This document shows positions 8,487 through 16,044 of a stretch of 23,850 bases of DNA, one piece after another. A program made the position numbers and the translations under genes. Below the pieces are notes generated by a model. The model saw nothing but the letters and a program-made list of their open reading frames with translations. It did no database searches and was not told the origin of the DNA. Every line of letters starts with the position of its first letter. Within the stretch, counting starts at the first letter, position 1. The DNA is from Okeania sp. (GTDB lineage: Bacteria > Cyanobacteriota > Cyanobacteriia > Cyanobacteriales > Microcoleaceae). Where the stretch lies: positions 1 to 23,850 of the forward strand of contig NZ_JAYKGW010000030.1 of assembly GCF_035285525.1 (NCBI RefSeq). The letters run 5' to 3'.

Positions 8487-8747
8487 TTAATAGATTTTAG
8501 ATTCGATTAGTTCTATGGAAAGGAACAATTCTCCCGGTAATAAGATTGGTTGGTGGGAAAAAATTAAAGTAGTTCTATAACTTATGGGACTAATAGCTAC
8601 ACCATGAGGAAGTATAACTTGGTCAGGGTGGGTTTCTAGATAAGTACAAAATAGCAATCTAGCTAACTTTTGTAGATATGGAGAAATTAATAGGATAGTA
8701 GCTGGATCTGTACGCTTGATTTTTTGGTTTTCTATAGCATTTACCAC
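8487..8747 (-). CDS. Hypothetical protein (86 aa), likely co-transcribed upstream of pilD
   Basis: The ORF ends 8 nt before the pilD start on the same strand. I recognise no family, and the composition is protein-like. Confidence 0.4.
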   Translation of the reverse strand: MVNAIENQKIKRTDPATILLISPYLQKLARLLFCTYLETHPDQVILPHGVAISPISYRTTLIFSHQPILLPGELFLSIELIESKIY

Positions 8748-8782
8748 GAGAAACTAAAATTTTAAAGATATAGCCCTATGTG

Positions 8783-8856
8783 TTAGGGAATAGGGAACAG
8801 GGAACAGCGGTCGTCAGCGGAGCTTCCCGTAGGGTGAGATGGATGGGTTCCCTAAC
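8783..8856. repeat. Heptamer repeat (TAGGGAA/CAGGGAA, 8784-8807) forming an inverted repeat with TTCCCTAAC (8848-8856)
   Basis: Direct read. It has the same architecture as 12523-12650. Confidence 0.75.
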
Positions 8857-9346
8857 TATATCTAATCGACCAAGAGAGGGAACAGGAGAATATCAAAAGG
8901 TTTTTCGTATAGGGAAATGCTCCGCAAACAGAATGTAAAAAGGTCCTAACCTTTGCTTCGATTGCTATATTTCCTGCTATGGTACTTGACTTTAGTAAAA
9001 GGTTGACAAATACTTTTTGATTTGTTAGCTTTTGCTGATGTAAGCTGATCAATAAATATCAGTAATTATTGGTTATTTTTTAATTAGAAAAACTAGCAAA
9101 ATATCAAGTTTATATCGTAACATATTTTCAGCATTTCTTGTGGAATGCTGCGCCAAAAACTATTAGGTATTAGCTATTCCTTTTTGTTGTTGATAAAAGC
9201 TTTTTTATTCAAAATTAAATTTGACTATAAAAGCCAAATTTCAACTCTATATTCATTTAAACATCTTGCTTAAAGTTGAGGTGTTTTTCCTGAATGCGGA
9301 CCCATTTCCCTGGAAAAACTAGCTGAATATTTACTGAAAATTTAGG

Positions 9347-9596
9347 TATAGCAATCCTAAATTAGGTTTTAATAATTCAAAAACTAGAAATAAACTCTAA
9401 AAGTTTTACCTATTGCTTATTATTAAAAAGCAATAAGATTTTAGAAAAAACAAATATAGGATTTTTATAGTAATTAGATTTTGTTTTTGTCGAAAAAGAA
9501 ACTGTAGGGGTTTGGTCTCCAAACCCAAACAAATAAGGAATTTGGAGACCAAACCCCTACGGTAAAATATGAGAAGCTATTTAGTAGGATTGCTAT
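9347..9596. mobile_element. Candidate 250-bp MITE bounded by a 13-bp perfect inverted repeat (TATAGCAATCCTA / TAGGATTGCTATA). Nested inside it is a 20-bp-stem hairpin element, GTAGGGGTTTGGTCTCCAAA (9504-9523) / TTTGGAGACCAAACCCCTAC (9541-9560).
   Basis: Direct read of both inverted repeats. It has no ORF. The hairpin family recurs at 23402-23457 and as a half copy at 20375-20393. Confidence 0.6.
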
Positions 9597-9651
9597 ATAT
9601 AACTTCGATTGATTTCAAGCATAAATTAATAGTTACAAGGAAACTCAAAAA

Positions 9652-10653
9652 GTGTCACAAACCAAGCCAACTATTTTAGTAAGTGGAGGAGCAGGATATA
9701 TCGGTTCCCATGCAGTTCAGGCTTTACAAAAAGCAGGTTATGATGTACTAATTTTAGATAACCTCGTCTATGGACATCAAGATATTGTTGAAAATGTCCT
9801 GAATGTAAAAATGATTGTTGGGGATACGAGCGATCGCCTCTTATTAGATAAAATTTTTGCTACTCACAATATTGCAGCGGTAATGCACTTTGCTGCATAT
9901 ATTTTTGTTGGGGAATCAGTCAAAGACCCCCTAAAATATTATCGCAATAATGTGCTTGGTACATTAACATTGTTAGAAGCGATGCTGAAAGCAAATGTCA
10001 AAAAGTTTGTTTTCTCTTCAACTGCTGCTATCTACGGGGAACCGAAAACAAGTCCTATTCCTGAAGACCATCCCAAACATCCAATCAATCCTTATGGTAC
10101 AAGTAAGCGGATGGTAGAGCAAATATTGACAGATTTTGAGGTTGCTTATGATTTTAAGTCAGTTTGTTTCCGTTATTTTAATGCAGCGGGAGCGCATCCT
10201 AATGGTTTTACTGGAGAAGATCATAACCCAGAAACTCATTTAATTCCACTGGTGTTGTTTGCAGCATTGGGTAAGCGAGATTCTATATCAATTTTTGGTA
10301 CAGATTATGATACTCCTGATGGTACTTGTATTCGCGATTATATTCATGTGTGTGATTTAGCAGATGCTCATGTTTTGGGATTAGAATATTTATTGAATGG
10401 TGGTAAGAGTGATTTCTTTAATTTGGGTAATGGTAATGGGTTTTCAGTAAGAGAAGTGATCGAGACTGTGAAGAAAGTTACTGGTAAAGAGTTTAAGGTA
10501 GAGGAGCGCGATCGCCGTCCTGGAGATGCACCTATTTTGGTAGGAAGTAGTGAGAAAGTAAGGAAAATATTAGGTTGGTGTCCGAAATATCCAGAAGTTA
10601 AAGATATTGTTGCTCATGCTTGGCAATGGCATCAAAAAAGACATGGGGAATAA
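9652..10653 (+). CDS. galE: UDP-glucose 4-epimerase
   Basis: 333-aa ORF with a GTG start. It has the Rossmann motif GGAGYIGSH, the SDR catalytic pattern S...YGTSK, and C-terminal conservation typical of GalE. Confidence 0.92.
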   Translation: MSQTKPTILVSGGAGYIGSHAVQALQKAGYDVLILDNLVYGHQDIVENVLNVKMIVGDTSDRLLLDKIFATHNIAAVMHFAAYIFVGESVKDPLKYYRNNVLGTLTLLEAMLKANVKKFVFSSTAAIYGEPKTSPIPEDHPKHPINPYGTSKRMVEQILTDFEVAYDFKSVCFRYFNAAGAHPNGFTGEDHNPETHLIPLVLFAALGKRDSISIFGTDYDTPDGTCIRDYIHVCDLADAHVLGLEYLLNGGKSDFFNLGNGNGFSVREVIETVKKVTGKEFKVEERDRRPGDAPILVGSSEKVRKILGWCPKYPEVKDIVAHAWQWHQKRHGE

Positions 10654-10656
10654 AAT

Positions 10657-10887
10657 TCATGCATTCAAAAGTCATGCATTCAAAAGTTAAGAAATTTATT
10701 GTATGTGATTGTGACTGGAATATAGTCGAAGGAAGCAATTTTGAGGGTAGCATCAAATTGCTTCCTCAGGCAATATCATGCATTCAAAATTCATGCATTC
10801 AAAAGTCAGAAATTTATTGTATGTCATTGTGACTGAAATATAGTCGAAGGAAGCAATTTTGAGGGTAGCATCAAATTGCTTCCTCAG
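10657..10887. repeat. Tandem duplication (about 119-bp period, 2 copies) starting 4 nt after the galE stop. Each copy ends in an 11-bp-stem hairpin, GGAAGCAATTT-N13-AAATTGCTTCC.
   Basis: The hairpins lie at 10731-10765 and 10849-10883. Each unit begins with a doubled 15-mer, TCATGCATTCAAAAG. A solitary GCTTCCTCAG recurs at 11241-11250. Confidence 0.85.
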
Positions 10888-10945
10888 TCAATTCAAAAGT
10901 TAGGAATAATCCTATAGTTATAGTTACAAATTATATATAAACTTT

Positions 10946-11113
10946 TCATCCTTTTTTAGCATCTATATCAAACTTAAAACCAACTTCAGTTTCATTAGTT
11001 ATTTCTATACTTTCCCAGGAATTATTATTAATCTGAATACTATCAATTTTAGCCAAGCGAAAATTTTGTAGATTTTTCTGACCACATTTTTTTTCAATTT
11101 CTAATAGTGACAT
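10946..11113 (-). CDS. Possible small protein (55 aa, MSLLEIEKKCGQKNLQNF...DIDAKKG), below the ORF-track length cutoff
   Basis: ATG at 11113 and TGA at 10946-10948. The composition is protein-like, but I recognise no homology and see no clear RBS. Confidence 0.25.
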   Translation of the reverse strand: MSLLEIEKKCGQKNLQNFRLAKIDSIQINNNSWESIEITNETEVGFKFDIDAKKG

Positions 11114-11406
11114 TCTTGATATTTTCCTGACAATTTTAATATGATTTATTAATTGTATAACTATTTTTTTATTTATACTATTTTACACTGAACTTCCAAG
11201 TTTAAAGGTTTAGTTTTACCTTGTTTGAACGAGCGCGATCGCTTCCTCAGTAAATAACGAATAGTAAAATTAGGCCAACTGCGGGAATCTTGCCCGCGAC
11301 AGGTATACCTCATGGTCAACGGAAACGAAGGAATGTTCGGTACGGCAGCAAGATGTTCCCACTGCCATACTTCGTAAACAAAATTCTGTAACTTCTGACT
11401 TCCTAT

Positions 11407-12000
11407 CTAATCTAATTCCCGCCTCCCCTCCAACGCACGCGCTAATGTCACTTCATCCGCATATTCCAAATCTCCTCCCATAGGCAAACCAAAAGCAATG
11501 CGTGTCACTTTTGTAAAAGGTCTCAACAACTGACCAATATATAAAGTAGTTGTCTCTCCTTCCACACTGGGACTAATAGCAATAATCACTTCCTGAATAT
11601 TCCCTTGACTGACTCGCCGTACCAAGGGTTGAATACTCAACTGTTCAGGACCAATACCATCCATCGGTGAAATAACTCCTCCCAGAACATGATATAAAGC
11701 TTTGTATTCCCGTGTTTTTTCCAAAGCAATTAGATCGCGGGAATCACAGACAACACAAATAGTTTCTTGGTCTCGTTGAGGGTTGCGACAAATTTCACAA
11801 ATAGGTTCAGCAGATAAATGGAAACATTTCTGACATAAACCTACTTTTCTCTTGGCATCAACTAAAGCTTGAGCTAAAGCTTTAATTTCTTCTTCGGGAC
11901 GTTTAATAATATATAATGCCAAACGCTGTGCTGTTTTCGGACCAACACCAGGCAATAGTTGTAATTGTTCAATTAGTCGTGCTAAAGGTCGAGTATAAAT
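11407..12000 (-). CDS. recR: Recombination protein RecR. The start is uncertain. I place it at a non-canonical ATT at 12000-11998 because conserved N-terminal residues lie upstream of the first canonical start, TTG at 11955.
   Basis: It has the HhH motif [13 protein letters not shown], a C4 zinc finger (CQKC...CEIC), the Toprim region ([10 protein letters not shown]) and a C-terminal domain. The frame stays open upstream and encodes (K)[15 protein letters not shown], typical of the RecR N-terminus. GGAGG lies 9 nt upstream of the ATT. Confidence 0.85.
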   Translation of the reverse strand: MYTRPLARLIEQLQLLPGVGPKTAQRLALYIIKRPEEEIKALAQALVDAKRKVGLCQKCFHLSAEPICEICRNPQRDQETICVVCDSRDLIALEKTREYKALYHVLGGVISPMDGIGPEQLSIQPLVRRVSQGNIQEVIIAISPSVEGETTTLYIGQLLRPFTKVTRIAFGLPMGGDLEYADEVTLARALEGRRELD

Positions 12001-12137
12001 TTTGAATTTCCTCCATTTCAGTTATCAGTAGGGACGTTGCATGCAAAGTCCGTACAGTTATCAGTACCGACTACTGAAGTCAGAAGTTTGAGACCTTATT
12101 TTTTGGTCAAAACTTGCTATTTGATTTTAGCTAAATC

Positions 12138-12245
12138 AGGACTTACGCAAGGGAACTATAAATGGGTTATTGGTGCGTTACGAGATACGCTTTTCATGTC
12201 GCGTAGCGAAACGCACCCTACAAATAGCGTTGATGCGTAAGTCCT
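12138..12245. mobile_element. MITE-like element of the GGACTTACGCA family (108 bp)
   Basis: The termini are AGGACTTACGCA / TGCGTAAGTCCT. It shares the internal module ATGTCGCGTAGCGAAACGC with the 2061-2231 copy. Confidence 0.75.
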
Positions 12246-12348
12246 ATAAATCTTGGATATTTTAACTATTTCACCAAAATTTAGTCCTAAAAGAAATATT
12301 GTCTTTACCTTTCTGGTCTTGTTTTCTACTTTTTCCATCTGCTAATAG

Positions 12349-12525
12349 CGATCGCTTATAGCGGATTTCCTGAACGGTAAACCACTGTTGCCGAATTTTG
12401 ATGGTTATTATCCTGTAGTTGGTGCTTGGGTTATTGGTGGGGAAGCTGCTGGTATTTGTATAAGGGAAGATAGGGAAATTGTAACTCAAGATTTGAGTAT
12501 GTTTGTACCTCATTATTTTAGTTAG
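12349..12525 (+). pseudogene. 3'-terminal remnant of a glutathionylspermidine synthase family (YgiC/YjfC-like ATP-grasp) gene
   Basis: The 58-codon open frame ADFLNGKPLLPNFDGYYPVVGAWVIGGEAAGICIREDREIVTQDLSMFVPHYFS* matches the conserved C-terminus of the family (..IGSW..G..AGIGIRED...T...SRF.PH.F). A stop lies immediately upstream at 12346-12348, and there is no room for the roughly 330 missing N-terminal residues. Confidence 0.7.
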
Positions 12526-12650
12526 GGTAGGGAGTAGGGAATAGAGAACAGGGAACAGCTCAGACGAGAAACCAGAAACCGGGTTTCTCCTGTGTAACTT
12601 CTTTTTTTCCTATACTCTCTACTCTCTACTCCCTACTCTCTACTCCCTAA
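12523..12650. repeat. Composite inverted repeat: heptamer run TAGGGAG-like (12523-12558) and its complement CTCCCTA-like (12609-12650), flanking the palindrome GAAACCGGGTTTC (12575-12587)
   Basis: Direct read. It could fold as a roughly 128-nt hairpin between the gene remnant and the rph stop. Confidence 0.85.
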
Positions 12651-12651
12651 T

Positions 12652-13368
12652 CTAAGAAATAACTTGACGTTGAGCAACAAATAATTCTTTAATTCCTGTT
12701 TCTGCTAAGTCTAAAATTTGATTCAGTTGAGTACGACTAAAACTACCTGCTTCTGCTGTTCCCTGAACTTCAATTAAAGCAGGTTTGTCATTCATCACCA
12801 CATTAAAATCAATTTCTGCTGCTACATCTTCTGGGTAGTTCAAATCTAAATAAGTTTCCCCTTCCAATAACCCCACTGATACAGCAGCAACTTGATGCAA
12901 AATAGGCGATCGATCTAACTCTCCCCGATCTATTAATTTGTTAATAGCATTTGCCATTGCCACAAACCCCCCAGTAATAGAAGTAGTGCGAGTACCTGCA
13001 TCTGCTTGCAAAACATCAGCATCAACTATTATAGTCCGTTCCCCTAATAAATTCATATCCAGAGAAGCTCTCAAACTACGTCCAATCAACCTTTGAATTT
13101 CTTGAGTTCGACCAGACAGTTTCATAAATTCTCGTTGTTGACGTTGGGGAGTTGCCCCAGGTAACATTCTATATTCTGCGGTCAACCAACCTTGACCTGT
13201 ATCTGCTAAAAATTTCGGTACTCCTGGTTGAGTGGTGACAGTGCAAAGTACCTTTGTGTCGCCACACTTGGTTAAAACAGAACTGGTGGCAAATTTAGTG
13301 TAATCTAATTCAAAACTAATAGGTCGTAATTGGTTTGATGTTCTACCATCGGGACGTTGCCAAGACAT
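12652..13368 (-). CDS. rph: Ribonuclease PH
   Basis: 238-aa [17 protein letters not shown] at the N-terminus, GS.L...GDTKVLC and [13 protein letters not shown] are hallmark RNase PH motifs. Confidence 0.95.
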   Translation of the reverse strand: MSWQRPDGRTSNQLRPISFELDYTKFATSSVLTKCGDTKVLCTVTTQPGVPKFLADTGQGWLTAEYRMLPGATPQRQQREFMKLSGRTQEIQRLIGRSLRASLDMNLLGERTIIVDADVLQADAGTRTTSITGGFVAMANAINKLIDRGELDRSPILHQVAAVSVGLLEGETYLDLNYPEDVAAEIDFNVVMNDKPALIEVQGTAEAGSFSRTQLNQILDLAETGIKELFVAQRQVIS

Positions 13369-13645
13369 AATATTTTTAATTAATAATGAATAATTAATAA
13401 TTACCTCTGGTTAAAGCCGAAAGAATTGAACCAAGTGGGGAAATATTATTTCTTTTTTCTATCTAATTATAGAATCGGAATAATTAGTTTATGGAAAACT
13501 GTGTAACTTCTCACCTAATTCTTTTCCTTCTGCCTCTATTTCAAAGGGGGGTTGGAGAGATTCTTTCTACCCTGTGCTGAAGATTAATTATTAATTGGTA
13601 AAGTTTCGATAATCTAAAAATTGAATATTGAGAGATAATTTTTAA

Positions 13646-14200
13646 TTATTGAGAACTAATTTTCTCTGATATTTCTTTTTGAATTTGGGTTATTGTTTCA
13701 TCTCCATTAATAGTAAGTAATTTTTGTCGATATTCATAATATTCCAAAATTGGGATAGTACGCTCATAAAATAAATCTATCCGACGCTGTACAATTTCTG
13801 GGTCATCGTCAGTACGCGATCGCTCCTTACACCGATTCATCAATTCTGCCTCAGACACTTTTAAATAAATTGCCCAATCTAATTTTTGTCCCAAATCATC
13901 TAGTAAAAAATGTAGTTCCTCTGCTTGGAAAGCTGTTCTGGGATAACCATCCATTAACCAACCATAATTAACATCAGACTCTAAAAGTTGTTGACGTACA
14001 AACTTAATCATGGTTGGGTCTGGCACTAAGTCTCCCTTTTCTACATAAGGTTGTACCACTTGACCTAATTTTGCTTGATTAGCGATCGCTTCTCTGAGTA
14101 GATCGCCAATAGATATCAAAGGAATTTGTAGGTTCTGACATAGTAAATTTGCTTGAGTTCCTTTACCAGCACCTGGACCACCTAAAATTATTAATCTCAC
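13646..14200 (-). CDS. adk: Adenylate kinase (stand-alone paralog, short form without a zinc lid). The start is probably GTG at 14200, and TTG at 14212 is the longest-ORF alternative.
   Basis: It has the P-loop LGGPGAGKGTQ, GDLLR, the NMP-binding and LID regions (DGYPRT, R.DD). The GTG start gives the usual spacing MRLIILGGPGAGKGT. Confidence 0.9.
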   Translation of the reverse strand: MRLIILGGPGAGKGTQANLLCQNLQIPLISIGDLLREAIANQAKLGQVVQPYVEKGDLVPDPTMIKFVRQQLLESDVNYGWLMDGYPRTAFQAEELHFLLDDLGQKLDWAIYLKVSEAELMNRCKERSRTDDDPEIVQRRIDLFYERTIPILEYYEYRQKLLTINGDETITQIQKEISEKISSQ

Positions 14201-14461
14201 GACAATGTACAATAAACGTTTCTATATTTATGTATTTTGTATAGTAATCCCAAAGAGGTTTGGGGAAAAAGTCCGTTTTTATTAATGTTCTCCACACTCT
14301 ACTTCCTCAAACTTGGACATATATATAGTGTTAAATTTATCGTATAATCAAAAAAAGCACTATATATTGATATTGTCTAAGGCAAACTTTCAGTCCAGCT
14401 TAGATATTATAGTTGGAAAAATCAGTATATTCAGCATAATATATTTTTAAACTTTAATTTC

Positions 14462-14998
14462 ATGGTCGCACAATTACAAACCCCTTCTCTCAACGTTCTC
14501 AGTGACTTACCTTATACTGTTCCTGGTTTAGTACAGGTATTCACAAGTGGTCAACGTAATTTTTTTACTGATGTTATGGCCCAAGCCTTGAGAATAGCTG
14601 GCCAAGGTAAGTCAGTATTAATTGTACAATTTCTGAAAGGGGGTATTCATCAGGGGTATAATCAACCAGTACAATTAGGGCAAAATCTCGACTGGGTTCG
14701 CTGCGGTTTTCCTGGTTGTATTGATGGGTCGGATATAGATGAAAGTGAGAAAAATTTACTACTTGATTTGTGGCGCTATACTCAGGCAGTGGTATCTGAA
14801 GGAAAATATGAGTTAGTAGTTCTTGATGAATTAAGTTTAGCAATTAATTTTGGTTTAATTCCTGAGACTGAAGTGTTAGATTTTCTAGACAAGCGTCCTC
14901 GTCATGTAGATGTAATTTTAACAGGACCAAATATGCCTGAAGAAATTTTGCAGATGGCAGACCAAATTACAGAAATTCGTCGCAGTCATAGACCATAA
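14462..14998 (+). CDS. CobA/CobO/BtuR-family (cob(I)yrinic acid a,c-diamide adenosyltransferase-like) protein with a degenerate P-loop
   Basis: 178-aa ORF. VQFLKGG, ELVVLDELSLAINFGLI and VILTGPNMPEEILQMADQITEI align to the CobA fold. The expected GNGKGKTT Walker A is replaced by SGQRNFFT. Confidence 0.75.
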   Translation: MVAQLQTPSLNVLSDLPYTVPGLVQVFTSGQRNFFTDVMAQALRIAGQGKSVLIVQFLKGGIHQGYNQPVQLGQNLDWVRCGFPGCIDGSDIDESEKNLLLDLWRYTQAVVSEGKYELVVLDELSLAINFGLIPETEVLDFLDKRPRHVDVILTGPNMPEEILQMADQITEIRRSHRP

Positions 14999-15046
14999 TT
15001 TCAGTTATCGGTTATCAGTTTTGTCAGCAGCAGCAATCTATCTCCA

Positions 15047-15077
15047 GAAACCGGGTTTCTTAAAGAAACCCGGTTTC
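15047..15077. repeat. Two adjacent copies of the palindrome GAAACC(C)GGGTTTC
   Basis: GAAACCGGGTTTC at 15047-15059 and GAAACCCGGTTTC at 15065-15077. The same palindrome occurs at 5416-5428 and 12575-12587, with degenerate copies at 1958-1970, about 2011-2030 and about 16067-16135. Confidence 0.9.
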
Positions 15078-15094
15078 AATAGTAAGGGAGACGA

Positions 15095-15462
15095 GGCCAA
15101 TCTAGTTAGTCGTTAAGACTGTCAACTTCCCTGAGAGGCCCGCCACTACAGGAGGGCCAATCTAGTTAGTTGTTAAGACTGTCAACTTCCCTGAGAGGCC
15201 CGCCACTACAGGAGGGCCAATCTAGTTAGTCGTTAAGACTGTCAACTCCCCTGAGAGACCCGCCACTACAGGGGGGCCGGTCTAGTTAGCTTGTCGTTAA
15301 GACTGTCAACTCCCCTGAGAGACCCGCCACTACAGGGGGGTCGGTCTAGTTAGCTTGTCGTTAAGACTGTCAGCTCCCCTGAGAGACCTGCCACTACAGG
15401 GGGGCCGGTCTAGTTAGCTTGTCGTTAAGACTGTCAGCTCCCCTGAGAGACCTGCCACTACA
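15095..15462. repeat. Head-to-tail tandem array, 6 copies of a 60-64-nt non-coding unit (GGCCAATCTAGTTAGTCGTTAAGACTGTCAACTTCCCTGAGAGGCCCGCCACTACAGGAG and variants)
   Basis: The copies lie at 15095, 15155 and 15215 (60 nt), 15275 and 15339 (64 nt, with a CTTG insertion), and 15403 (truncated at 15462). There are no spacers, and stops occur in all frames. Confidence 0.95.
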
Positions 15463-15819
15463 CAAATAGAAGATGACCTTAGCTTTCAGCCAAGGATTAA
15501 AATCTTTGGCCAAACAATTTTAGTTAACAGTTAATAATTATCAGTTTTTACGAATTTTATCTGAAATGAATATTGCGATCGCGACTAAATATGCCACAAT
15601 AAATTATTTAGATAATAACAGAAATTGAAAGTTGGAAATCAAATTCCTACAGTTTTTTTCATTGTGGTAAACTAGCGTAGAAACGTTGCATCGAACGTTC
15701 CTATTGAGTTATTATTTTTTTTTATTTAGTTCATTGACCTGAAAATTGTTGAGGGTTGCTATTATTAAAAAATCAAGCATTTTTTTGACTAAATTTAAGT
15801 TAATTATTGACTAAGTAAA

Positions 15820-16037
15820 ATGACTATCACTAACAACCCATCTAATATTAAAATATCTCTGCCAGATCATACAAATTATCAGAATCAGACAGCACTTTCA
15901 GTATCAATCAACCTAATCTTAAAATATCTCTACCAGACCATACTCAATTACTAGAATCAGACGGCACTTTTGTGAATAATTTTCAGGAGTATCCCCAAAG
16001 CATTTTATTAACAGATTCTATTCAACTTATTTATTAA
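15820..16037 (+). pseudogene. N-terminal fragment of a Uma2-family (DUF820) endonuclease gene, internally duplicated and frameshifted, truncated by a MITE
   Basis: The second copy reads NLKISLPDHTQLLESDGTFVNNFQEYPQSILLTDSIQLIY*, matching the conserved Uma2 N-terminus (LPDHTQLPESDGTFVKNFQEHPQS.LLT). The first copy (ATG at 15820) is an upstream duplicate of roughly 70 nt that is 1 nt shorter, and its frame ends at 15952-15954. A GGACTTA-type element begins at 16045. Confidence 0.65.
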
Positions 16038-16044
16038 CTAAATC

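Noticed and set aside
8852-9052. 66-aa minus-strand ORF in the pilD-galE spacer
   Set aside because: I saw no RBS or homology. It starts in AT-rich spacer and ends next to a repeat block, and the composition is not convincing.
10620-10832. 70-aa plus-strand ORF overlapping the galE 3' end
   Set aside because: It is generated by the 119-bp tandem repeat (the peptide contains repeated HSKVMHSKV and CIQNSCIQKS) and overlaps the galE stop out of frame.
11312-11377. 21-codon ORF containing a CSHCH (CxxCH heme-binding-like) motif
   Set aside because: It is too short, has no signal peptide and no RBS. A single CxxCH in a 21-aa peptide is most likely coincidence.
12037-12513. Three track ORFs (12037-12240 plus strand, 12156-12338 minus strand, 12271-12513 minus strand)
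   Set aside because: The first two run through the GGACTTACGCA MITE. The third is the antisense shadow of the glutathionylspermidine-synthase remnant, which gives the better reading of that DNA.
13646-14212. adk as a ribosomal-operon adenylate kinase
   Set aside because: The gene stands alone, with no secY or rpmJ neighbours. It is better described as a stand-alone adk paralog, and the short LID lacks the Cys4 zinc motif.
14574-14843. 89-aa minus-strand ORF
   Set aside because: It lies entirely antisense within the CobA-like CDS, and I recognise no homology.
15095-15462. Possible CRISPR array because of regularly spaced repeats
   Set aside because: The units abut directly with no unique spacers. 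The repeat length (60-64 nt) is outside the CRISPR range, and no cas genes or leader are nearby. It is a tandem repeat.
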